A DNA stretch of 64,000 nucleotides from Chrysomallon squamiferum (lineage: Eukaryota > Animalia > Mollusca): positions 1,364,001 to 1,428,000 of the forward strand of contig CM022671.1 of the NCBI GenBank assembly GCA_012295275.1, given 5' to 3'. The notes beneath the pieces were generated by a model that ran no database searches, had not been told where the DNA came from, and saw only the letters and a list, made by a program, of their open reading frames with translations. The translations under genes and the position numbers were made by a program. This document shows, in pieces, positions 39,234 to 51,553 of this stretch (position 1 is the stretch's first letter; the number at the start of each line of letters is the position of its first letter).

Positions 39234-39329
39234 TGCGCAGATTGTTCACTGATCTACGTACGTGACTGTGTCGGTGTCTGTGACGGCAGCAGCGTATTGG
39301 TTCGTCCTATATTCTGCTGTTAAACGTGT
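39234..39329 (+). pseudogene. Remnant of a third TSP1-like paralogous exon
   Basis: Translates CADCSLIYVRDCVGVCDGSSVLVRPIFCC*TC, which aligns with (C…)LYKRNCTGNCIGSSLKPGRMSC of the intact exon. Confidence 0.55.
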
Positions 39330-41516
39330 ACGACGTTGTTATAATCTCTTCATTGCTAGAACCTCAACAATTATTACTACTACTACCTGTAAAACTGCGA
39401 CTCCTACTGCTACTATCATAGCTAGATTTACTTCTATTTATACTAATCCTCAACACCTACAAGTACCAAAACTACAAAGCTTCTACTACTACTACCACCA
39501 CTACTACTATTACTACTACTAATACTACTACTACTACTGCTGCCAATACTATGCAACTACTGTTGCAACTATTACTTCTCTACCACTGATACATCTGCTG
39601 CTAACACTACTGCTCCTACTTCTACTATTATGACTACTACATCATCGTCTGTTGTCTGCAGTCGGACATACACACAGACATACATTATGTTATTACTGTT
39701 TGTGTTTTATAGGACAGATTATGTCGTTCTGGCTTTGTATCGTAAGAAAAATATGATCTTTTTATGGTATTCATAATGAAGGATTATGTAATGCTGTCCA
39801 GTTTGAAATAGATGTCAAATAATAAATAAATAAATAAATAATAATAATTCAATGGTCAATATTTATTTATTTATTTATTTATATTTATATTTATTATTAT
39901 TAATTTTTAATCTGCTGTGCTAGTGCTAATATAAAAGCTGTGATTTAAAATGTGATACGTGAGCCAGTATTCTCTTCTTAATAGTCTTTTTTTCCTTCAG
40001 ACTACTGGGTTAGTTTTCTTTATCTGATTTCAGCTAAAGCATCCCTTAAAAGAGTAGCTGAAAAGTCATATGTCGATATTTTATCATCATACTTTTTTAA
40101 CATAGGTTTCCAATAACATAAATTATGTTGCCGCCAGAGGTACGCTTTCAGATGCTATGGTTTTCATTACTGAAAATAGGACTGATGTAGCATGTTTGTA
40201 TTTTCTAGGCTACAGATATAAAACAGAAGCAGAGACTGGCAATGTGGGTGAACACTTCTGGACAAATTATCGATATGGGCCGTCTCAGAATATAAAACCT
40301 CCGCGACCGAAGTTAGAATAGACAGTGCATTTTAGCACACGCCATCCAGAAATTGCCTCATGAATATTCAAATAGCATAAAATATTTAGCTGTATATATC
40401 AGTACATGAACATGAACTCCAAAAAATAAATTATATATAAATGATTTCCATTTATAAAATCACAGGTTACGATAATACGATTTGTAATAATATAGGATAA
40501 TTTCGATGATTAAAGAGAATTATTGTCCTCTTATACATTCTATATAAACCTGAATATTTACATAATATGAATATTATTTGGTCATAAATAAATATAGAAA
40601 ATTTCCTATTGACTTTACCTGTAGCCGTCTGCTCGTAAGTGAATGTTTCTGCCGTCTTTGGAAGGTGGAAACAGTTCTACGATTATTAACTGCGTTAGCC
40701 AGATCGAATAAGAGTTTTATTTTCTTGAACCTTGAATCTTGAAACAAATGAACGTGCTAATCAGAGCAAGTTGTTGTGAGGCACGTCTACGACGGGCACG
40801 CTTTCTGACAGGTCAGCGGGCGTGTCCGTCGCATTTATAAAAACGTTGTGACATTTACTCAGGGTGAAGAAACTTCAGTTCATCAATGTGAACGTTTCTG
40901 ACATTAATTCAATCAACATTTGACGCGACACTCGCTGTTTTAATCCGCAGTATCAACGTACATAAAACAAGATGGCGGCCAGTCACATTCTTACTACTAA
41001 GTCTTTTTAAAAACAAGACTTCCTGCTACTACACCGTTTAGTCACATATTAAATATAGCATTTACAGGAAAAAAACACACTATTGATTAAGTAATAATAA
41101 TAACAGACACACGTACACACGCACACACACATACTCACACCGACATCATTCACCTCGTCACAGTATTGTAATGCAATCTTAAATTACGAACATTTAAGGA
41201 AGTCAATTTTTCATCTCATTATAGAAAACAAAACGGAACAATTAATTTTTTTATTTAATTATAAAATTTTGGTTATTTTACTATAAATAGAATGGAACAT
41301 CCACAATCAGACAATTTGTGAAATTTTCTTTCAGAAGTAAAATAAAACGATATAAATGAAATTAATAACATAAATGAAATAATAAATAGATAAAAATTAC
41401 AAACATCGATCCTACTTGAATCCTACAAGGAAAACAAACATGTATTACAGTCTATCTCTACAACAATCCCTGACTCCAGAATTTCCAACTTATGCCCGTC
41501 AGTATTTAAAACCGTG

Positions 41517-41547
<31 letters not shown>

Positions 41548-42810
41548 AAACAAGGAGGATTTAAAAAAGGAAAGAAAGAAAGAAAGAAAGAAAGAAGAAT
41601 TTAAATCAGATTATTTTTCTCTTGTATATAAATCTAATTTCTTCACATCCTTTATCATGCCTTATCTTAAGGTTTTAATCTCGGAGTTTCAGGCTCCCTT
41701 ATAACGACAATTAAGACCCATTAAGATTATAATTACCATCATAGGACGACATCAAGTATCATTATTTTATAGAAAACAACAAAAGCCAAATCTTTCCTGG
41801 TACCGAAACAACTGTTTATTCTCACCCAATGTACACAATTACACCAGCAGATGTCTTTGGTAGTTTATAAGAGAAATCTATCGTAGACCTCATCCAGTAT
41901 GAACCAGGACTCAGATGTATGCGAAACCGAGCATCCATTCCTACTGAAAACCCAGCCATGAGAAAAACGAAATAGCTTAGAGGATATTGTACTTTGTCGA
42001 TAGTCAACAGAGAACCTAAATGTAGTTTTAACTATAATTTGGTTTGTTAAATATGTTTAATGTTCATATATTTTTTAAAAATCATAATAACAAAAATGTT
42101 CGAATATCGCTTGCATATGCAAAAGTTTTTTTTTTTTTTTTTTTTTTTTTTTGCAATCTTCAACACCAAAAATATCTTTTTATGAGAACGAATTTTTATG
42201 AAAAAGACAATGATTTTTGTAAGCCAAAATGTATCATCTTAAAAAATTAACTCCAAATGACTAGGATGTATTTCTTAGTTCTTCGTAGAAATGATTTTAC
42301 ACAAAAATTGTTCATCAAACTGTTGAATGTTGCTTTTCTTCTCTTAGTCTCTCTGTTAGAGAATCTAAAGTAATCATGTGAAACTAATTTCTCATATAAA
42401 AAAACATTCACTCATTTGAATGATTTTTAAATTTTTTTATTGCTTTACAAATGATTTAATCTTGATGAAACAGAAACGACATTGAAACTTCAGGAACAGA
42501 CAACTGTAGTTTTTAAATATATATATATTTATATATTTTAGTTAAATATATGATTAAATTTCAAAAATACAATTGTCAGTGGTCAAGGTGAGCATGTTTG
42601 TTTCTGTGGTTCTGTTATGTGGTCAAGGATGGTCTGTGGTCACGTGATCTACATCTGACAGAAAACATAAGAATAATAATAATAACAGCTCCAACAACAG
42701 CACTAACAGTATTAGTAAGAATATCAGTAATAACAACAGAAATAACAATACAGAAAATAAAGGTATCAATGTTTCGTTCTTGTTCTTACCAATATCATTA
42801 TTATTATTGA

Positions 42811-42845
<35 letters not shown>

Positions 42846-43159
42846 GTAGTAGTAGTAGTAGTAGAAGTAGTAGTAGTATAATCATCATCATAACAGTAAA
42901 GATAATCAATGAAGGAATAACATTGTTTATTTAATATATTAAAAACAACACAATGTTTCTTGTTCTTTCATGTTGCTTTGTTTTCGTTGTTGTTTTTGTG
43001 AATCAGAACGTTTCTGTTGTTCAACATGTGCATTGTTCAAACTTATAAATGATTTTAGTTTAACATATATTTACTTTTCTGAACTGTTGTTTCTTCATAC
43101 CTCTTTTTCCAATCAGAAAACAGAATCATAAATATTTTTTCGTTTTTGTTTCTCTTATG

Positions 43160-43202
<43 letters not shown>

Positions 43203-43309
43203 TTATTATATATTTTTTTATTTACTATTATTTTTGTTATGGTTAATGTCATTCTTACTGCTAATATGAATCAGAATGTTTCCGTTGTTACTGGTTTCTT
43301 TTTGTATTT

Positions 43310-45206
43310 CTAATACTTAGGTGCTTCCTCGCTCGAATCTTCTTCCTTCTTCAGTTCCTCTTCAATTTGTGTTTCTTTGCTTTCTTCTTCAGCAATTTCT
43401 TCAACTAGCTCTTTGGCTTGTTCTTCTATATCTTGTTTATTTTCTGCATCTGCTTCATTTATCTCTTCATCCATGCCCTCGGTCATTTCCTTCATACCTG
43501 CGTCAATCAAGGCATCAATAGTGTCTGCTGCTTTTATCAGAGCCTCGGCCGCCTCTGTTTGTTTCATCTGAGCCAGTACTTTACCTAACAGTCGCAAGTT
43601 GTCTGACATGTCGAGTAAGTCTTCGGGAGATGGACCACTGTCATCACTTCCATCATCCATCATCCCATTCATATCATCATCATTATCATCTTCATCATCA
43701 CTATCACCAATCATTTCTTCCAAAGAACTTAACAAAGAATTCTCATCCATAGAACCATCATCCATGTCATCACCCGACATATCTTGAAGAGAACCTAGCA
43801 AAGAATTCTCATCTACATCTTCATCATCGTCCACATCAGCGCCATCATCCAAAATTAAAGCAGCCACAAGTAATTCCTCGTCGTCTACGCTGTCATCAGA
43901 ATCATCCATGTCATCACCCATCATATCTGACAAAGAACCTAACAAAGAATTCTCATCCATAACGTCACCGTCATCCATATCGTCACCATCATCGACATCA
44001 TCACCATCATCCAGAATCAAAGCAGCTTCAAGTGTGTCCCCAAGTAATTCCTCGTCATCTCCGCCGTCATCGGAATCATTTACGTCTTCTAACAGTGTTT
44101 CCAACAGTTCTTCTACATCGTCATCATCAGCAGCAGCGTCTTCTAAATATACACAACATTACATCATTTAAATAATCAGTATAGGAATGAAGGAGAGTCA
44201 ATTAAATGTGATACAATACTAACGTCAACTGTAATCCAAGAGAGGACGGCTTATAAAAATTTTTGAATCTTATACAAATACAAGTAAATATTTCTTATTT
44301 TTAGAAAACAAGATATCAATAAATTATATATTTATTGAAGAGTTGGAATGGACCTTTTAAAAGTACCATTGGTAAGACAGGAATGCAAATATCTTCAGTT
44401 ATTCATGCACTATAAACGTGTACGTTTTTCTTCCAGTCTGAACTTTCAAAATCAGAAATATTCCCATGGGACAAGCGCTAATAACTACTACACAACTAAT
44501 GTTACGTTAAGTTTAAATCTGAAGTAATAAATATTATAAATATTTTGAGAAAAAAAGCTTTGCCTTTTAACAGTTCAACTAACAGTTTCCCTACATCGAC
44601 ATGAGGAGCAGCGTGTTCTAATTAGACACAGCAACACAGATGTAACATCATTTAAATAATCAGTATAGGAATGAAGGAAAGTGGTACGTTAGTATTATTA
44701 ATACTAACATTAAATGTAATCTAAGAGAGGACGGCTTATAAAAACATTTTCAGTAGTGTAAAGCGTACATATAAAAATAAATGTTTCTTACTATTAGAAA
44801 AGAAGATCATAAATTATATATGTACTGAGGAGTAGGAATGGATCTTTTAAAAGTACCATTGGTAAGACAGGATTGCAAATATCTTCAGTTATTCATGCAC
44901 TATAAACGTGTACGTTTTTCTTCCAGTCTGAACTTTCAAAATCAGAAATATTCCCATGGGACAAGCGTTAATAAGTTCTACACAACTAATGTTACGTTAA
45001 GTTTAAATCTGAAGTAATAAATATCATAAATATTTTGAGAAAAAAGAGCTCAGTTTTTGAAACCAGCAAGAATATGAAAGATGAAATATTTTTATACAAT
45101 TTAAGAAATAAAGAGAATTAATGGACTTACCCCCATCTTCCACCGTTATCCTGTAGGCGAAAGCTGTGGTTGCCAGGAGACACAGAAGGAAAATACAAAA
45201 TCTCAT
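43310..45206 (-). CDS. Secreted Asp/Glu-rich acidic protein, long form (copy 1, ~302 aa)
   Basis: Exon 45206-45131 (MRFCIFLLCLLATTAFAYRITVEDG, signal peptide; ATG directly after the acceptor) joins exon 44142-43310; 909 nt in frame. The non-coding first exon ends at 45880 and there is a 3'-UTR intron at 43258-42655. Confidence 0.88.
44085..45050. repeat. ~480-bp tandem duplication covering the start of the main exon and the intron of acidic copy 1
   Basis: 44150-44555 matches 44645-45045 (e.g. aaagtaccattggtaagacagg…ttcccatgggacaagcg). The duplicate includes a copy of the exon start at 44617-44564. Confidence 0.85.
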
Positions 45207-45952
45207 CTGTAAGAAAGATATAACCTTTCTGTTTACTGGCTTGTTTATTAACCTGTGAATTAATTATTTCTTAACTCATTTACTCATTTTCAGTTTGAAT
45301 TACGTTTATTTATTTGCTTGCTTCACTTACTTTATTGTTTAACTCTTATTTCTTCCGTTCCTTTGTTTTACTTATTTCATGATATCTTGTAAATTTATTT
45401 TTTGTTTATTTTTTGAAAGCAATGATTGTTTTCATGTTTATCTAATGGTACGTGTATAATAAGGTTACGGTACAGCTATCAAGAGTGTCACGTGTACTAT
45501 GACGTCACATTTCCAATGTTAAGTGGTAAAATGATGGCTTTGAAATGTTTAGTGATTACTCGTTCAAAACAATTTAAACATAAATCACTGTATGAACGTG
45601 TATATAACATTCTATTAATTAATCATTACTTACAAAATTATTTTTACAATTTCGACATTAGAGAAATACAGGACATGTCTACAAAGAACTGTTTTTAAAC
45701 TATTAACGTTTTGATCTATGAAATATTGGTACAAAACTTTTAAAAGGCGAAACGCTCCTATTATAATAATTCACGAAATATTATTGACATATTTAACTTT
45801 AAAAATTTAGTTTTCATTCGAATAAAATAAAATAATTTAACTCAGAAACATTTATGAACTGAGATAAAAATTAAATTACCTTGTTTGTTCAAGTAGGGTG
45901 CTGTATTGTTCCTGGTTCTACAGAGAATGATGTTTGATCTTAGATGTTGTCT

Positions 45953-45959
45953 TTTTATA
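45953..45959 (-). promoter_or_regulatory. TATA box of acidic gene copy 1
   Basis: TATAAAA about 75 nt upstream of the first-exon donor; the context is conserved in the other copies. Confidence 0.6.
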
Positions 45960-46240
45960 ATAACTAACATGCTAATTAGCTAACAGCTGCTTGTCGTAAT
46001 GAATTCAAACCGAATATACAATGAGAAATTTTACATATATTTTACATTGGTCAGATAATTTATGTTCAGAATACACCTTTCTGATTTTAGAATTAGATTA
46101 CAGCTTTGTAATTTTAGAATTAGATTACAACTTTGTAATTTTAGGATTAGATTACAGCTTTGTAATTTTATTATTGTTACTGCTACTTTACAATAACTGT
46201 TTAGATATGCCATTATATTATTAATATCTTGACATGTATG

Positions 46241-46284
<44 letters not shown>

Positions 46285-46775
46285 TTGTACGCATGCTTGA
46301 ATATATACTGTTTCTGCTTGTATGGTATACATACAAAAAGACATGTTTACATATTTATTGCATCAAGTGAGAGTATATATACTAACATATATCTGTCTAC
46401 TGCTGCACCACTTTTTACAGTTCCTGCGTCCCTAAGTTAACCAGTGAGAAAGTTAGTTGTTGTTATTTTAAATGACTGGTTTTGTTTCTGTTGATTTTCA
46501 GTTGTCCACTTTTAAATGAATAATAATATTACTATTATTAGTACTACTGTTTCATTAGCAAACATAAAACACAACATGAAAATACAATGGAAACACGTAT
46601 GCATGTATGCATGGACTATGAAACAAAAATATAATCTAATCCTAAAATCATAAGGATCTAATCTGACCAACATAAATTATCTGACCAATGAAAAATATAT
46701 GTAAAATTTCTCATTGTGTATTCGGTTTGAATTTATTACGACAAGCAGCTGTTAGTTAATTAGCATGTTAGTTAT

Positions 46776-46782
46776 TATAAAA
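46776..46782 (+). promoter_or_regulatory. TATA box of acidic gene copy 2
   Basis: TATAAAA in the inverted homologue of the copy 1 promoter; the first-exon donor is at 46857. Confidence 0.6.
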
Positions 46783-47019
46783 AAAGACAACATCTAAGAT
46801 AAAACATCATTCTCTGTACAACCAGGAACAATACAACACCTACTTCAACGAACAAGGTAATATAAAATTTTATTTGAGCAGATCAAATACATGTGTATGT
46901 ATATATATATATATATTATTATTATTTAATGATTCTAAAGAAAACGAAACATTTAAGAGTTAAAAATACAAAAAACAAACTAATAAATGTAAATGTTATG
47001 TTTATGTTTATATTTACAG

Positions 47020-48477
47020 ATGAAAGCTTGTATTTTCCTTCTGTGTATTTTGGCAACAACAGCTTTAGGCTACAGGGTAAAGCGGACGGTAGAGGTAATT
47101 CTGTTTATCTCACCAGTTGAATCAAAATATTTCATCCATTAATTCTGTTTATCTCACCAGTTGTATCAAAATATTTCTTCCATTAATTCTGTTCATCTCA
47201 CCAGTTGTATCAAAATATTTCTTCCATTAATTCTGTTCATCTCACCAGTTGTATCAAAATATTTCTTCCATTAATTCTGTTTATCTCACAAGTTGTATCA
47301 AAATATTTCATTCATTAATTCTGTTTATTTCACCAGTTGTATCAAAATATTTCATCCATTGGTTCTGTTTATCTCACCAGTTGTATCAAAATATTTCTTC
47401 CATTAATTCTGTTTATTTCCATAATTGTATCAAAATATTTCTTCCATTAATTCTGTTTATTTCCATAATTGTATCAAAATATTTCTTCCATTAATTCTGT
47501 TTATTTCACCAATTGTATCAAAATATTTCATCCATTGATTCTGTTTATTTCATCAGTTGTATCAAAATATTTCATCTGTCTCTTAGATTCTCTTATTTAT
47601 ATGTATCAAAATATTTCATCTGTCCTTAGATTCTCTTATTTATATGTAGAAATAGTGGTTTTTAAAAGATCCATTCATTATTATAGATAGAGAGAAACAT
47701 AGATAGATATTAGTCCGGATGTTTCCATTACAGACCTAGAAATGATATTTTTCTAAAATATCCATTCATATATGTATATAGATTCAAAAAAGATAGATTT
47801 TAGATAGATAATAGATAGATCCTATCTTTGATTAGATAAATTAGATAGATATTAAGATTTTCTTTTCTAATTGTAAGGAACATGATTTAAAATTCTTTAA
47901 CTGAAAGGTTTTATCTAAATGGTGTTACAACTAAAATGTTTTGTATATTTAGGAAAGTGGTGATGATGTTGACGGCGTAGACGACGAGGAATTACTTGTG
48001 GCTGCTTTAATTTTGGATGACGGCGATGATGTGGATGATGATGACGATGTAGATGAGGATTCTTTGGAAGAAATGATGGGTGATGATGATGATGAAGATG
48101 ATAATGATGATGATATGAATGGGATGATGGACGATGGAAGTGATGACAGTGATCCATCTCCCGAAGACTTACTCGACATGTCAGACAACTTGCGACTGTT
48201 AGGTAAAGTACTGGCTCAGATGAAACAAACAGAGGCGGCCGAGGCTCTGATAAAAGCAGCAGACACCATTGATGCCTTGATTGACGCAGGTATGAAGGAA
48301 ATGACCGAGGGCATGGACGAAGAGATAAATGAAGCAGATGCAGAAAATAAACAAGATATAGAAGAACAAGCAAAAGAGGTAGTTGAAGAAATTGCTGAAG
48401 AAGAAAGCGAAGAAACACAAATTGAAGAGGAACTGAAGAATGAAGAAGATTCGAGCGAGGAAGCACCTAAGTATTAG
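47020..48477 (+). CDS. Secreted Asp/Glu-rich acidic protein, short form (copy 2, 199 aa)
   Basis: Exon 47020-47094 (MKACIFLLCILATTALGYRVKRTVE) joins 47953-48477 across a phase-0 intron; 600 nt in frame. 3'-UTR intron 48529-48830; AATAAA at 48923. Confidence 0.9.
47095..47578 (+). repeat. 44-bp intronic minisatellite (~11 units)
   Basis: ttaattctgtttatctcaccagttgtatcaaaatatttcttcca is repeated starting at the splice donor. Confidence 0.95.
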
Positions 48478-48612
48478 AAATACAAAAAGAAACCAATAAC
48501 AACGGAAACATTCTGATTCATATTAACAGTAAGAATGACATTAACCATAAAAAAAATAATAGTAAATAAAAAAAAAAAAAAAAAAAAAATAATAATAATA
48601 ATAATAATAATA

Positions 48613-48668
<56 letters not shown>

Positions 48669-50387
48669 CAATAATAATAATAGTAAGAGGAACAAAAACG
48701 AAAAAACATTTATGATTCTGTTTTCTGTATTTTTGTTCTGTTTTTACTGCTACCATTCTTACTGTCTTACTAATTCTGTTAGTGCTGTTGCTTTGGTTGT
48801 TGTTGTTATTATTGTTATATTTTGTTTCAGATGTAGATGACGTGACCACACCGCAGTACCACACAAAGCAGAAAGAATCTTGAACATACTCGTCTAGCCC
48901 ACTCAAGTTTAATCTTATCTTGAATAAATATTATTTTAAGAAATCATAATTGGTTGTTTGTTTCTAAAATTCCTGTGTTGTGTCTCTTTCATCAAATAAA
49001 TGTAAAGAATTTATTTTTGTATAAGAAATTACCTTTCCCATGATTGCTAATGGTTGAGATTCTTCGAGAAAGAGAAAAGTAGAGAAACGAAAGAATACTT
49101 TGATGACAAACGTCTTTGTAGAATCATTCAAACGAAGATGCAAGAATAAGTACTTATTTAGCAGCACTGCTAGAAGTAGTAGTAGTAGTACTTTACTATT
49201 AAAAGTAATGGAATCAGAAGTTATATGTAATATGGTCATTATGATGAGATGATAATGATGATGTTGATATTAAGGTCATGATAACAAACAAATGTTTTAA
49301 ACGTGACTAATTTCTGCTTTGCTCTGCATTGTCCAAAAGACAGAGGTTTACACGATGACGGCTCTGAAACAGTCAGACTGAAAAGAAGCAACCCGTGTTA
49401 GGTCGATCGTGCGTTTCTTCTCTTCATATATTCGTTATTCTTGGCTGTCACTGTGGAGTCACAGTCGTAGAGGTAAAACTTGTGATACTGGGACGTTAGA
49501 TGCAAAAGAGTTAACAAAGTTAAATAAAAAATGAATCATTTATGAAAGGAAATCAAGAGATTTTATTGTATTAATCTATTTTAATTTATTTTATTTTATT
49601 TTTTTTTTTTTTTTAGTTATAAATTTAGAGTAAAAGAATTACAGAATTAGAAAAAAGAATAAAGGATGAAGATATTTCTGATGATCGCTCATTATAAAGC
49701 TGCTGATGCCTCTGAAACAGAACGTTTTGTTGTTGATGATAATAATCCTCAACTTTTGAGAATATGAGAATATTAAATTTCAGAGATATATACTACAAAG
49801 GAACATGGAAGAAAAGAAAGAAAAATTTATAATAATAATAATAATAATAATTTTTTTTTTTATTTTTTTTTTTTTGTTTTTCAATAATGAAAGAAACTGC
49901 TAAGTACCATTTTTCTGTCAAAGTGTTCATGAGTTTCCTAAATTACTTGACTCTAAACAGCTGGTAGAATAATTTATTGTAACAACAACAACAACAATAA
50001 CAAAAGCAATAATAATAATACTAATAATACTAATACTAGTAATAAAAATAATCATAATCATAATAATAATAATTATTATTATACACGACTGTTTCCACTG
50101 CTGTACATAGCATAGAAATTAACTGGCAAATATAAATATTTAAGAATAACGAAATAATAATAATAATAATACTAATAACAGTGTAAATGTGATATTACTA
50201 CAATACTATAATATTGTAATCAATTTCAGTTGTTCACGTGAATACCACATTTAGATTATTAAATGATTATTTCCTATGAAAACACTGTGATGTCTCCTAA
50301 TTGTGTGCTAAATGTGTGTGGTTGTTTTATTAATGTTTTTTCACCAACATTAATGGGTAATCCAAGAACGCTGTTAAAAGTATGTAC

Positions 50388-51553
50388 GATGTCACGTATA
50401 TTACAAAGGTCTCTGTTTAAACAGTTTGTTATGAATCATTATATTTGATGTCACGTATATTACAAAGGTCTCTGTTTAAACAGTTTGTTATGAATCATTA
50501 TATTTGATGTGATATCACGTATATTACAAAGGTCTCTGTTTAAACAGTTTGTTATGAATCATTATATTTGATGTCACGTATATTACAAAGGTCTCTGTTT
50601 AAACAGTTTGTTATGAATCATTATATTTGATGTCACGTATATTACAAAGGTCTCTGTTTAAACAGTTTGTTATGAATCATTATATTTGATGTGATATCAC
50701 GTATATTACAAAGGTCTCTGTTTAAACAGTTTGTTATGAATCATTATATTTGATGTCACGTATATTACAAAGGTCTCTGTTTAAACAGTTTGTTATGAAT
50801 CATTATATTTGATATCACGTATATTACAAAGTTCTGTTTAAACAGTTTGTTATGAATCATTATATTTAATGTGATATCACGTATATTACAAAGGTCTCTG
50901 TTTAAACAGTTTGTTAAGAATCATTATATTTAATGTGATATCACGTATATTTCAAAGGTCTCTGTTTAAACAGTTTGTTATGAATCATTATATTTGATGT
51001 GATATCACGTATATTACAAAGGTCTCTGTTTAAACAGTTTGTTATGAATCATAATATTTGATGTCACATATATTACAAAGGTCTCTGTTCAAACAGTTTG
51101 TTATGAATCATTATATTTGATGTGATATCACGTATATTACAAAGTTCTGTTTAAACAGTTTGTTATGAATCATTATATTTAATGTGATATCACGTATATT
51201 ACAAAGGTCTCTGTTTAAACAGTTTGTTATGAATCATTATATTTGATGTCACATATATTACAAAGGTCTCTGTTTAAACAGTTTGTTATGAATCATTATA
51301 TTTAATGTGATATCACGTATATTACATAGGTCTCTGTTTAAACAGTTTGTTATGAATCATTATATTTGATGTCACGTATATTACAAAGGTCTCTGTTTAA
51401 ACAGTTTGTTATGAATCATTATATTTAATGTGATATCACGTATATTACAAAGGTCTCTGTTTAAACAGTTTGTTATGAATCATTATATTTGATGTGATAT
51501 CACGTATATTACAAAGGTCTCTGTTTAAACAGTTTGTTATGAATCATTATATT
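50388..51553. repeat. 59/64-bp tandem array (~19 units)
   Basis: Unit gatgtcacgtatattacaaaggtctctgtttaaacagtttgttatgaatcattatattt; some units carry a 5-bp insertion. Confidence 0.97.

Noticed and set aside
47915-48466. His-rich and Ser-rich antisense ORFs over the acidic genes (also 43.3-44.2, 52.7-53.2 and 57.7-58.2 kb)
   Set aside because: Shadow frames of GAT/GAA-rich sense codons, with no independent gene signals.
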